Shown here: positions 40,633 to 50,553 of the stretch, one piece after another
How the letters are laid out: each line of letters begins with the position of its first letter
Numbering within the stretch: the first letter of the stretch is position 1
Origin: Spirochaetaceae bacterium
Lineage (GTDB): Bacteria > Spirochaetota > Spirochaetia > DSM-2461
Direction of reading: 5' to 3'
Assembly: GCA_965224705.1 (NCBI GenBank)
Contig: OZ245056.1
Location: 896,001 to 960,000 of the forward strand
DNA length: 64,000 bases
Translations under genes and position numbers: made by a program
The notes under the pieces: generated by a model
Database searches by the model: none
What the model was told of the DNA's origin: nothing
The model's input: the letters and a program-made list of their open reading frames with translations, nothing else

Positions 40633-41172
40633 TTATCGATCATTCATCGGAGGTAATGCTACTGGAATATAATGGCCCCAATAGAGTGTTGTACTGAGGT
40701 ATTCCTTGAACGTCATTTCTCTCTGAACCAGAACGGCATTGATATAGTCATAATTGAATTGAAAATGATCCCGGGCAATAAAATCCTGCTTTACGGGGTC
40801 GATCAAATCTGTGAAACCGTTAATCCAATGCTTCCCGCCAAGAGTTCCTTCCCAGGGTTTGACATCGGTGTAATTGATATTATCCTTAATTCTGTTGCGA
40901 ACCCTGTTTGTTTGAATGTAATCGGGGATGTCCGAATAGTATGACTTTCTTCCATGAGCATCATAATGCGTGTAGTACCCAAGAACCCATAGATCCTGTT
41001 CATTTAACTGATGATCGCCAACAAAATTAATAGCTGAATACTGCTCTCTCCTGGAAACAACCGTATCGGAGGATTCCATAACCACATCCGGCTGAGGGCC
41101 TGCAATCACCGGCATCCCAATAATGCACAAAACTAATCCTGCTGATACAAGTTTCTTAATCTTTCTACTCAT
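40633..41172 (-). CDS. Exported hypothetical protein, possibly a truncated lysozyme-like protein
   Basis: Signal peptide; GGAG SD; YSAINFVGDHQLNEQDLWVLGYY...WEGTLGGKHWINGFTDL. Confidence 0.5.
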   Translation of the reverse strand: MSRKIKKLVSAGLVLCIIGMPVIAGPQPDVVMESSDTVVSRREQYSAINFVGDHQLNEQDLWVLGYYTHYDAHGRKSYYSDIPDYIQTNRVRNRIKDNINYTDVKPWEGTLGGKHWINGFTDLIDPVKQDFIARDHFQFNYDYINAVLVQREMTFKEYLSTTLYWGHYIPVALPPMNDR

Positions 41173-41510
41173 AAGCAGTTTACTCCATGGCAGTCAGTAT
41201 TTCCCTGAGTCATAGAACCCTGATTTCATTTTGATTACCGGGATGTTTCAGAATTCATAACTATTTCCATCCGAAGGACACAGCATAACCACCCAGGGCC
41301 TGTACGTTCGGCCGCTCCAACTGAATGATCCTCATGATTCTGTTGTTAATATAATACAATACCAGGAGCCTGTCAAATTGTTTAGCTGTTAACATGACAG
41401 GAGAAGCACAATGGTGGTCAGCAGTCACGGTTACAGCGTCGATGTATACCCGATCTCTACAGGCGGCTGGAACTTTACGGTTGGTTTGCTAACAGATGGA
41501 TCCTGAACTC

Positions 41511-44135
41511 TCAGGCATCTTCCTTTTCTGCATCCTTAATGCTCTTCTGTGCAATGGCGATCTTGGCTGCTGGAATTCCATATGGAGAACAGCTTACATA
41601 ATTCAAACCCACATCCATACTGAAATAGATGTTCTCTGGTTCTGCACCATGTTCACCGCAAAGACCACAATTTATATCCGGACTTATTAAACGTCCTCTT
41701 TCAACGGCTATGCTGACCAATTCCTTCACTGGATCCTGTAATATTTTGAATGGATTCTTTTCAAGTAAATCGTACTCATTGTAATCAGTGAAGAAGGAAT
41801 TGAAGTCATCCCGGCTTAGTCCAAGGCAGGTTTGAGTTAAGTCGTTTGTTCCAAAGCTGAAAAAATCAGCATACAATGCAAGTTGATCCGCCAGCAATGC
41901 TGCCGAAGGTAATTCAATCATTGTTCCAACACGGTAGGGAATTGCTTCTACTCCCAGTTTCTTCCTGAGATTCTCCTCTATCTGACGAATACCAACAATT
42001 TCAAAACCTTCAATTTTTTTCCCATAACGCATCGCTTTAACTTCTCGGGGAGTCATAACGATGGGAATCATGATTTCTGGATTGCATACTATACCCTTAT
42101 TTTTCCGCAGCTTAAAGGCAGCTTCAAAAATAGCCTCCACCTGCATCAAGTAAATATCTGGATAAGTAAAAGCCATCCGGATACCCCTGTGTCCAAGCAT
42201 TGGATTCGTCTCATTGCTCATGTAACACCGATACCTGATGATTTCTTCATCCACGTCAGGATGATCTTTGCGATAAAACTCAATGAATTCCGTCATCGCC
42301 GCATCATTATGGGGGAGAAACTCGTGGAGGGGAGCATCCAGCAGCCTTATAGTGACCGGTTTGCTTTCCATAACCTCAAATAACTCATAGAAGTCCGCAA
42401 TCTGCATGGTTTTAAGCTTACTCAGTATTTTCTTTCTCTCCGATTTCTCTGCTGCCACAATCAAGGATCTAAAGATTGGAATCCGTTTTTCATGAAAGAA
42501 CATATGCTCTGTGCGACATAGACCTATGCCGTCTGCCAGGAACTTCAATGCCAGTTCTGCTTCCTGTTTCTGATCCGCATTGGCATGGACATCAAAATCA
42601 GATATGTACTTTTGAGCAATATTGAGAAACTCAATAAGGCCGCTGCTGTCAATGTCGGGTTCAAGAAGATCAAGCTTGCCGAAATAGATGGTCGGGTCTT
42701 CCGCTGCCGGGACCTCAAGACTGACATAGTCACCTTCTTTTACAACATGCTTACCAATTCTCATTTCATTCTTAACGAATTCTATTCCAGGATTAACCAT
42801 GGCAACTTTTCCCAGAGACCGCGCGACCACCGGGGCATGAGAAGCATATCCTCCTTCAACACTGATAACCCCTACCGATGCCTCAATCGCTTTAACATCT
42901 TCTGCATAGGTTGCATCCATGGCCAGAATAAAACTCTCTTTCAGTCCTTGCCGCTCAGCAAATCCAGCCGCATCCATCAATGCATCTGTAGAAAAGTAGA
43001 TCTTCCCGACTGCAGCACCCATGGCACCGGATATTCCCTCTGTAACAGAAGGGATATTCACAGCAGACTTCTTATCGATCACAGGATGAAGTATTTCTGA
43101 AATTTGACTGGGCTGGATAGCATTAATGGCATGCTTATCATCAATGACTCCCTCTGCAAGGAGATCCAGCAATGTTCGGATCTCCGCTACAATTGATTTC
43201 CCAGGGACACTTGATTGATCAATGATCCACAACTTGCCGTCTTCAATGTTGAATTTGACCATGCGGATTTCTTTGTAATTCGTTTCCAATTGCTTTGCAA
43301 TCTTCTCCAACTCGGTAAGATATATCTTATTGAGTTTTGCGATAGGTTTGCCGCTGCTCTTCGTCGTATCAAATTCATTCTGAATGAATTCACCTGTCAG
43401 CGTGTCCTTTCCACTCATGGGATCGCGTGTTGCAAAAGTTCCAAAGAAACTATTGTCACCATAGTTTCCAAATGTCATGGCCTGTACAAGAATTGCTGAA
43501 TCACCAAGAGTTTCACTTTCAGCAAAATACCGTCGAAAGAGTTTCTTGATGAACTGAAACTGATCAAAGGCATTGCTGAATATCTCAGCAGGATATAACT
43601 CCCGGGTTTTATCGAGATCTTTTCTGTATTCCGAAGCCGATTTGGATGACTGCATTCCCTTCAGCACTGACTCAAGTTTCTTCGTCCGTGACGCCTCTAT
43701 GGACGTCAGAAGCTCCAGCATGAGAATGTGTTTCATGACACCCCAATACTCATGCCAGGCAAATTCTTCGCCAACAATGGTAGCGAAACTTTCGATAGTA
43801 GAGTCACACAAACCAATATTGTGTATACTTGAAAATGTATACACCATGTTCAACATGGGGCTGACGACCAGCTTCACCAGCAGTGGATTCTCAGCATTCC
43901 AATGCTTCTCCAGGATATTGCCCATCTTATTCAGGGCATCCGAATACTGTGATTCATAAGTTTCCGGGTGATCTTCTTCATCGGCTAACAATGGCTCGGT
44001 AAGGATTAATCCTGGAAGTATGGGAACTTCCAATGCGGCAAGATCCATAAGATTTCTTCCACGGAATCCAAAATATTGGACGATATTCTCATCGTTTGTA
44101 TATTCATTGACACTGAATGAAAATATTTTTTTCAT
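41511..44135 (-). CDS. Pyruvate phosphate dikinase-like PEP-utilising protein with a degenerate nucleotide-binding domain
   Basis: Collinear with PPDK: GGYASHAPVVAR, GIGLCRTEHMFF, TIRLLD, GTMIE, FSFGTNDL and GLCGEHG; GGGAG SD before ATG 44135. Confidence 0.9.
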   Translation of the reverse strand: MKKIFSFSVNEYTNDENIVQYFGFRGRNLMDLAALEVPILPGLILTEPLLADEEDHPETYESQYSDALNKMGNILEKHWNAENPLLVKLVVSPMLNMVYTFSSIHNIGLCDSTIESFATIVGEEFAWHEYWGVMKHILMLELLTSIEASRTKKLESVLKGMQSSKSASEYRKDLDKTRELYPAEIFSNAFDQFQFIKKLFRRYFAESETLGDSAILVQAMTFGNYGDNSFFGTFATRDPMSGKDTLTGEFIQNEFDTTKSSGKPIAKLNKIYLTELEKIAKQLETNYKEIRMVKFNIEDGKLWIIDQSSVPGKSIVAEIRTLLDLLAEGVIDDKHAINAIQPSQISEILHPVIDKKSAVNIPSVTEGISGAMGAAVGKIYFSTDALMDAAGFAERQGLKESFILAMDATYAEDVKAIEASVGVISVEGGYASHAPVVARSLGKVAMVNPGIEFVKNEMRIGKHVVKEGDYVSLEVPAAEDPTIYFGKLDLLEPDIDSSGLIEFLNIAQKYISDFDVHANADQKQEAELALKFLADGIGLCRTEHMFFHEKRIPIFRSLIVAAEKSERKKILSKLKTMQIADFYELFEVMESKPVTIRLLDAPLHEFLPHNDAAMTEFIEFYRKDHPDVDEEIIRYRCYMSNETNPMLGHRGIRMAFTYPDIYLMQVEAIFEAAFKLRKNKGIVCNPEIMIPIVMTPREVKAMRYGKKIEGFEIVGIRQIEENLRKKLGVEAIPYRVGTMIELPSAALLADQLALYADFFSFGTNDLTQTCLGLSRDDFNSFFTDYNEYDLLEKNPFKILQDPVKELVSIAVERGRLISPDINCGLCGEHGAEPENIYFSMDVGLNYVSCSPYGIPAAKIAIAQKSIKDAEKEDA

Positions 44136-44213
44136 AGAACTCCCTATCTTCAAGTATTTTTTTATGATTATTCCTTTTGGTACAGCCCAAAAGATACTGG
44201 CTGGAAACAAACA

Positions 44214-45191
44214 CTAGAAAAGCTTAAGCACATTCCCGGGACCGCCATGCAAAAAAGCCTCAAAACGAGGGCTGGCTCCTTCAAACAAGTATTTCTTAAG
44301 CTTGGAAATCTCTGCGGGATTATCGCCAGCTACACTGAACATAATGGGGACACCATGTTTCACCTTGCCCCATTTGAAAAGTGCATTTATGTCATTGATC
44401 CGTTCACCTTCATACCATATCAGCACATCCAGCTGCGGATACTTCACTCTATAGCTTTCAATTATGCGCTTCCAGGATTCCACATTCCCATTGTGAAAAA
44501 GTTCATTGGTTACATTGACACCCACCTTTGGGGTGAGTTTTTTTCGGGCACCGCCAGGGACTGGCGGCGGCGCAGCAGAAGTTGATTCAACAGCCCTGCT
44601 GACAGCAGGCTGTTCAGTTTCCTCCGTTCCATCCAGAAAGCATTTGAGCGATTTGGACGATTTATAGGCGGGATTACTCTTAACACGACCATTACTGAGC
44701 AGTGTGAAGACATCTGATTCTGCATTTTTTAGCTGGACATCATCTACTTTTTCAAGGGAACCGACATAACACACAAGATGTGTATCCACAGGGAACGGAA
44801 GAAGCTCTTTCCATTCATCCGGGGACTCTGGATTCAGAATATGAATACCGCCATTATTATCCGTACGGACAAATACAACCTGGATATTCGTCCAGCCGTT
44901 CACTGTTTTGCTGAGCTTATCAATGCTGTCAACTTGAAATGTCAGATTTTCTGATCTGTATGCATAGCCATATTTCCCAACCAGAAGCAGATTAACAACT
45001 GGCAGAATTTGAGATTCAGAAACTCGTTCCTCTTTAAGAGCCTCCCTGAACAAATCAGCCAGATTGTATCCCTCTGCAATGCCTGATGCCATATCCTGCG
45101 TCACGCGAAAATGACGCAACGCCATATTATAGCCAGCTCGGGTAGCCAGCAGGTTTAATTTACTACTTCGCACGAACACAGGCATAAACAA
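44214..45191 (-). CDS. Hypothetical protein with a putative C-terminal HPr-like domain
   Basis: 325-aa ORF directly after the cfpA stop; Pro/Ala linker followed by a ~90-aa domain VNVTNELFHNGNV...VKHGVPIMFSVAGD. Confidence 0.75.
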   Translation of the reverse strand: MFMPVFVRSSKLNLLATRAGYNMALRHFRVTQDMASGIAEGYNLADLFREALKEERVSESQILPVVNLLLVGKYGYAYRSENLTFQVDSIDKLSKTVNGWTNIQVVFVRTDNNGGIHILNPESPDEWKELLPFPVDTHLVCYVGSLEKVDDVQLKNAESDVFTLLSNGRVKSNPAYKSSKSLKCFLDGTEETEQPAVSRAVESTSAAPPPVPGGARKKLTPKVGVNVTNELFHNGNVESWKRIIESYRVKYPQLDVLIWYEGERINDINALFKWGKVKHGVPIMFSVAGDNPAEISKLKKYLFEGASPRFEAFLHGGPGNVLKLF

Positions 45192-47168
45192 CTACATCTC
45201 ACTTAATTCATCAAGATTAACTTTCCGCTTCTTACTCCGAGAGCGAGCTGGAGTAACATCAGCCTTGCCGCTCACCTCAGAAGACTCTCCAGTGTCAGCT
45301 CCTTGAGCAGTACTGGAGGGGGTGGGAATGACGGGCTCATCTGTAGCTGCAAAACTCTGGTCAATATCGCTGCGGACAGTGGAACGTCGCCGTTTGAATG
45401 AAGCAAAGGCGGCATCCTGGAACCCTTTCGATACACCGTTAAGGAATTCATTCAATACATTCGCCATAGAATTCAATACATAGCGCTTACGTTTAATGCT
45501 GGTGATATCCACATCAAGAAGCAATCCGGGCTGTACATGAAATGGATTAATACCATAGTCGAATTCATTGAATTCAGATTCAAGGAAATCAATCCGCTTC
45601 TCCAGTTCAACCCTCAGTTTTGGATTTTCATATCCAAAGGCCATCTCAGCTCTTTCCCGAGATTTACGCAGCATTTTCTTAAGAAGACTCTTCTCATACA
45701 GATAAGTCTGATTCAATCGCTCAACATCCGTATCTTCAGCTTTGATTTTAAGAAGCTCATTCCAAACCTTTTCATGCTCTTCGTACAGTGGATCACCGGA
45801 AGCTTCATGAATCTTTCTGACTCTGCCTACAGTTTTTTTAACGATATCATCAAAATCATTAATAAAACCCAGACCTTTCTTATTATCCTGGTAGATTGCA
45901 ATAGAAATGTTATACACATGAAGAATTTCGCTGCGGAATTCCTCAATCTGCCTGGTATAAGCCCTGCGAAGGCTTTCCAGCTGACCATGATCATAGAATT
46001 TCAGAAGCATTTGATAGCGCTCATCCGGCAGCCGGGAAGTTTCATTATCCTCATACTCCCGAATAACAAGCTCTCGGCAGTTTTTAAGGTTCTCAATATA
46101 CTGATAACCCATCTTGGATGTATCCAGGATCGATGTCAGATTGTTAATCGCAGTATTAAAGCCCCGATTCCTGATGTTCTCTATGTCGATAATCCTCTTG
46201 ATATTCTCCCGAATATTGAGAGGATCAAATTCCTCAGGATCAATCTCTGCTCGAAGCCCCTCAATCTTGTCGACCAGATTTTTAGCCATGAACATATATC
46301 TTCGTGAATCTTCCGATTCTTTATCATCATCCGTGAAATCCGGCACATGTTTAATTCTTTCAAACATGAGCTCAGTATCTGAAAGCTCTTCCTTACCCTC
46401 ATCGACCAATTGATCCTGCAAATCTTCAATTTCATGATCAATCATATCCGTTACAGTCTTGGATATCTGATCTTTGATGATATTCTCTACTGTTGTTTGA
46501 TAATGAAAAATCGGGCTGATTAATTCTGACTCCAGAATGTTAATCGATAATTTGACATCTGTCACTGTTCGGGACTTAAGAGGATTGTCCTTAAAGGAGC
46601 ATTTTACAACTGAATACGCATTCTCACCTCGGATAAATGCCCCGACATCTGCTTTTTGCCGCAGCAGTGAGTTGGTTTCATTCTCAAGGTCATTCATACC
46701 CCGCTGGATATGTCCCTGCAAATGTCCGTACATGTTGATTATTGATTTCTCAATTTCACCAGTATTAAACTTATCCGCTCCGCCAACCTGGTCAAGAAGT
46801 TCCGACATCTCCTTTGGAGAATACCTGGCAAGGTTTTTTGTTTCCTCCTTATCGACGAACTGTCGGACCTTTTTCACCATTTCATCTTCAGTGGTGACAA
46901 TGTACCTGTTGAACATATTCTGATAGTTCTGGTTGTAATAGTTGTAGACTTTTTCTTTCAACCCACCCATAACGTCCAATTCATGCAGAACTTCCTGTGG
47001 AAGCTTGGTTTGAACGACTTTGAGAACCTTGTCAACTTCTTCATTGATAATTTGATCGTATTCTGTTTTCTGATCACGTCCATCCTGGGCAAGAGAATTC
47101 CTTGAACCGACTGCTGAAGGCTTAGTCGGATGGAAAACATTGGGGCTCTTTGGCAATTCACCGGGCAT
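45192..47168 (-). CDS. cfpA: Cytoplasmic filament protein CfpA
   Basis: N-terminus [25 protein letters not shown]...[20 protein letters not shown] matches treponemal CfpA as recalled; coiled-coil rich; AAGGAG SD. Confidence 0.93.
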   Translation of the reverse strand: MPGELPKSPNVFHPTKPSAVGSRNSLAQDGRDQKTEYDQIINEEVDKVLKVVQTKLPQEVLHELDVMGGLKEKVYNYYNQNYQNMFNRYIVTTEDEMVKKVRQFVDKEETKNLARYSPKEMSELLDQVGGADKFNTGEIEKSIINMYGHLQGHIQRGMNDLENETNSLLRQKADVGAFIRGENAYSVVKCSFKDNPLKSRTVTDVKLSINILESELISPIFHYQTTVENIIKDQISKTVTDMIDHEIEDLQDQLVDEGKEELSDTELMFERIKHVPDFTDDDKESEDSRRYMFMAKNLVDKIEGLRAEIDPEEFDPLNIRENIKRIIDIENIRNRGFNTAINNLTSILDTSKMGYQYIENLKNCRELVIREYEDNETSRLPDERYQMLLKFYDHGQLESLRRAYTRQIEEFRSEILHVYNISIAIYQDNKKGLGFINDFDDIVKKTVGRVRKIHEASGDPLYEEHEKVWNELLKIKAEDTDVERLNQTYLYEKSLLKKMLRKSRERAEMAFGYENPKLRVELEKRIDFLESEFNEFDYGINPFHVQPGLLLDVDITSIKRKRYVLNSMANVLNEFLNGVSKGFQDAAFASFKRRRSTVRSDIDQSFAATDEPVIPTPSSTAQGADTGESSEVSGKADVTPARSRSKKRKVNLDELSEM

Positions 47169-47291
47169 TTAAAAACTCCTTAAGTTATTGATTCTGCTAG
47201 ACCATTCCAGTTGTCTAACTTCTTAACAAATAGTATCGACGAGAAATACTGAACAAGTCAAGATAGAGAAAATGGTTCTTGTAAATGTACT

Positions 47292-50099
47292 TTACATCCC
47301 TCTCGTTGTCAAGGCCATATCAGCAATATTTCGCAATGCTGCCGCTCGACTATATCGGGCGATGCGCCTCAACACATCAGCAGCATTGCTTCTGTCGATA
47401 TCATTGTAATCCCTATTATCGAGAATTATAACCGATTCATCAAGTGCTTTTAAATCATTTTCAACCTGTATTCTAATTTCCCTGGCAGCAAGAAACCAGA
47501 TGGTATCACCTCGGCGTATGGTATAACTTCTTTCTCCAGGCAAAATTAATTCATTTCCAGGATAAATCCAATCAGGATCCTGTCCAGCATACACTCGATA
47601 ATCCAGATCTTTGAATCCATTCAAGACGGCAATATCGTTAGCAGCCAGATGGATATCAGCCGCTGTAATACTCACGCGTTGATCAACTTCAAGAAATTCC
47701 TCGAGGTTTTTCTCCGAGTTCAAGGATTCATTTTCTATCATTGAACCCGAACTCTGAATTACAGAGACTGATTCATCATTTTTTGCCTCTGCACTCCCTG
47801 CGTCCGTATTACCTGAGGGATCGTCAGCGGGAGCCCCTGTTTCTGCAATCCCCGCATCAATACCACCTGAGGGATTGTCTGCGGCACCTGCGGCATTGCT
47901 GCTGTCTGCTAATTCCTGGGAACTCGCTTCTGCGGACTTCTGGTCACCTGCCAGATCTTCATCGGTACTGGATACAGAGTCGGATCCTTTACCTTCTACT
48001 TCGGCATCACTTGATGCCGATCCAGATGTCTTCAAATCCTCTGCACTGGTCAAAATTGAGGATGGAACCCGGGATCTGAGAATTCTTCCCCATGGTGCAT
48101 TTCCAGTAAAATCCAGAACAACTGCCCCCGCAAGGAGTAAAGGAACAATCGCAGCCAACAGCCACAACTTTGGAGACCGACGTTTTTTCACCGGTCTCCC
48201 TGGTTGAATGGTGCTTACTTCATCTTCAGCTTCCCGGGGCACATCCTGAGAGGTTCTTCTATTATTGGTGACAGGCCTTGACTCTATTGTTTTACTGGCC
48301 GCTGTTTGATTCCTTTTATCAAATCGGCCTTTCGCGGTAAGAGGTGTTCTTTTCTGTACAATTCTCCTTTCAGAACCAGTTCTCTCCATGGGCACTGGTG
48401 CGGACTCCTTATCAGAATCAGACAGCAAGGCTAACTGCTCAGGCGTAAGTTCTCCATCCCCATCCTGCTTGAGGCTTCTGATCAATTTAAGGAGTCGATT
48501 TCTATCTTCCTGCCAGGATTGTTCATCATAGTTGGCAATCTGATGGATTTCTCTGCGAACTTCTAATGCAGCAGCGACTTCTGCCTGGGAAATACTGCGT
48601 TTTATGCTTCTCCAAAGCAGTATTGGTTTATCTCCCAGATAAAGATCTCCAAAAAATGGATATACTGAGTCTGGTGCAGGCAGGCGTTTCAGCATCGCTT
48701 TGACAGCCATTCCTGTTTCCTGGCCATTCCTTGAGAGATCGCTGGCCTCAGTCAATGAATCGCAAATCAGTGTCAATATAACACTGAAGTTGGAGAGGAA
48801 AAACCAGGAGGACCCCGCTTTTGTCAGTTCTCCATTTTCCAAAACATCCTGCAGATTCAGATACGCCTGCTGCAAACTCGTACTGACTTTAGATTTTCCG
48901 GCAACAATGTCCTGATGAAACACCTGGAGATAATTATCCAATGCTTTAACAACCTGAGTTTCTTCAATCTGGAGATTTCTGCTGATACAGTTCAATACAT
49001 GGGAAGCATATTTGTCGATGAGGTGGAGGCCTGTGGGATTTTGAATAATAAACTGCAGGGGGTAACCATCCGGAATGGAAATAAGCACATCGGTTTCATC
49101 CGTTTTGTAACGAATCTGTCCCCGGGCAGAATCCACCGACAATCCTCTTTCGATCCTGCCTCCGAAGCAAACTGTCGGCTTCCCTGTCTGGTTAACCAGC
49201 CAGCAATTATTCCTGGAACTTATCAGAGATTCTTGAAAAGAAGCCCTTTGTTTCCCGGAGACATCCATGACGTCCAGGCTGGCTGGCGTACCATTTCCAG
49301 CAGGGAAAAGCAATCTTATTTTCCGCTGTAATTCTGGATTAGTTGTGATAATACGCAATTTCCTGCGGCGTTGTCTGATCCGTTTCAGCAACCCGATGAA
49401 GACAGCGGCATCAGCGGAATCCAACTCATCATCCGCCAGATTATACCCACTGCTGCTTATGAGATCCGGGTCAACACCCTGACTCATGATTCTTGCAACG
49501 AAACCTGGATGCATGGCCAAAGACAGGAGTTCACCGGCTTCAAACCAGAATGCATTATTACCAGTTACATATATACCGGAACCAGAGAAGTCCTGTTTAG
49601 TATATCGAAAAGGATTTTTCAGGAACTCAGACTTTGCTTCTTCAAATAGGCGGGTGAAATGCCTGTCTTTTTTCTCCTGTTTATATAAATCAAAGACCAC
49701 CTGATCATCGTAACGAAGGTGGATGTTCCCACTGGAATAGAACCACAGCATATGACGTTTCTCGCCATCAGCAACTGCCCTGTAATCAGCAAGTTCATCA
49801 GTAGGCAAGTCAAAACTGGAAAAAAACTGCTTCATGGTTTCGACAACGGCGGTATCACCCAGATATCGTCCCCGAACCTTTGGAACATTGAGGATTTCGA
49901 GCAGTGGATTGCCGACATGATCATCTGTGATGACCGTTGTTGAAACAACTTCATGAATTTCATCTGTTAGATTTCTTGAGTTACCAATTCTGAGGAAGGG
50001 ACGAACATCCCCTTGACTGCTGCCAAGATAAATTACATAGCATTCACATGCTATGTGAAAAACTCGGGATTCGGGAGAAATTAAATCTGACATATTCAA
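47292..50099 (-). CDS. Large bitopic membrane protein with a C-terminal LysM-like region
   Basis: ~645-aa N-terminal region, single TM (LWLLAAIVPLLLAGAVVL) after KKRR, acidic linker, then DPDWIYPGNELILP-YTIRRGDTIWFLA. Confidence 0.8.
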   Translation of the reverse strand: MNMSDLISPESRVFHIACECYVIYLGSSQGDVRPFLRIGNSRNLTDEIHEVVSTTVITDDHVGNPLLEILNVPKVRGRYLGDTAVVETMKQFFSSFDLPTDELADYRAVADGEKRHMLWFYSSGNIHLRYDDQVVFDLYKQEKKDRHFTRLFEEAKSEFLKNPFRYTKQDFSGSGIYVTGNNAFWFEAGELLSLAMHPGFVARIMSQGVDPDLISSSGYNLADDELDSADAAVFIGLLKRIRQRRRKLRIITTNPELQRKIRLLFPAGNGTPASLDVMDVSGKQRASFQESLISSRNNCWLVNQTGKPTVCFGGRIERGLSVDSARGQIRYKTDETDVLISIPDGYPLQFIIQNPTGLHLIDKYASHVLNCISRNLQIEETQVVKALDNYLQVFHQDIVAGKSKVSTSLQQAYLNLQDVLENGELTKAGSSWFFLSNFSVILTLICDSLTEASDLSRNGQETGMAVKAMLKRLPAPDSVYPFFGDLYLGDKPILLWRSIKRSISQAEVAAALEVRREIHQIANYDEQSWQEDRNRLLKLIRSLKQDGDGELTPEQLALLSDSDKESAPVPMERTGSERRIVQKRTPLTAKGRFDKRNQTAASKTIESRPVTNNRRTSQDVPREAEDEVSTIQPGRPVKKRRSPKLWLLAAIVPLLLAGAVVLDFTGNAPWGRILRSRVPSSILTSAEDLKTSGSASSDAEVEGKGSDSVSSTDEDLAGDQKSAEASSQELADSSNAAGAADNPSGGIDAGIAETGAPADDPSGNTDAGSAEAKNDESVSVIQSSGSMIENESLNSEKNLEEFLEVDQRVSITAADIHLAANDIAVLNGFKDLDYRVYAGQDPDWIYPGNELILPGERSYTIRRGDTIWFLAAREIRIQVENDLKALDESVIILDNRDYNDIDRSNAADVLRRIARYSRAAALRNIADMALTTRGM
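47790..47895. repeat. Imperfect 54-bp tandem duplication within the acidic linker
   Basis: CCTGAGGGAT at 47812 and 47866; encodes AADNPSGGIDAGIAE / PADDPSGNTDAGSAE. Confidence 0.65.
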
Positions 50100-50553
50100 A
50101 GTTCCAACATACGATTTACCTTACAATATATCTCAGCCGGGGATTCCCGGCAAGTGCTGTGCAGGTTTGAACCATTCCGAATACTTCTATGCGATACAAT
50201 CTGTGTAATCAAGAACCAGTTTTTTGCTTCGAGGTACTGGAATTGATACATTTCGGGCCGGGATAGTGTGATGAGATTCATGCCGCAAACTTGTGGACGA
50301 CAGGGCAGGCATTCCATGACTGGCGAGAAGCCCATTTTCATAATCATAAACAAGCGGCAGCTGGCTGTATTGCCCTCTCCACGACTCTTGTTTTCTGCGA
50401 CAAAGTGTCAGAAAGCCTTCATCGATGATCAGCACATTACCATCCAGACATTGACTTCATGGGCAGCCCTGGTAGATGATGATGAACACTGTTGCTTGAC
50501 ATAACCTTTCACTGAATTGTATTAAACAAAAAATATCTTAAGGAAGAATCAAA

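Noticed and set aside
41364..41401. GGAGCCTGTC resembling the MITE end, with CCTGTCA...TGACAGG inverted repeat
   Set aside because: Only ~10 bp match and no MITE body; cannot be distinguished from a terminator-like hairpin or chance.
40399..41500. Prophage or integrative element at tRNA-Pro
   Set aside because: No integrase and no duplicated tRNA 3' end found in the window.
41511..44210. Annotation as canonical ppdK with start at 44210
   Set aside because: Nucleotide-site residues are missing, so the symbol is withheld; the SD and PPDK collinearity favour ATG 44135.
50100..50500. Short overlapping ORFs, possibly a decayed gene
   Set aside because: No family can be supported by eye; needs BLASTx.
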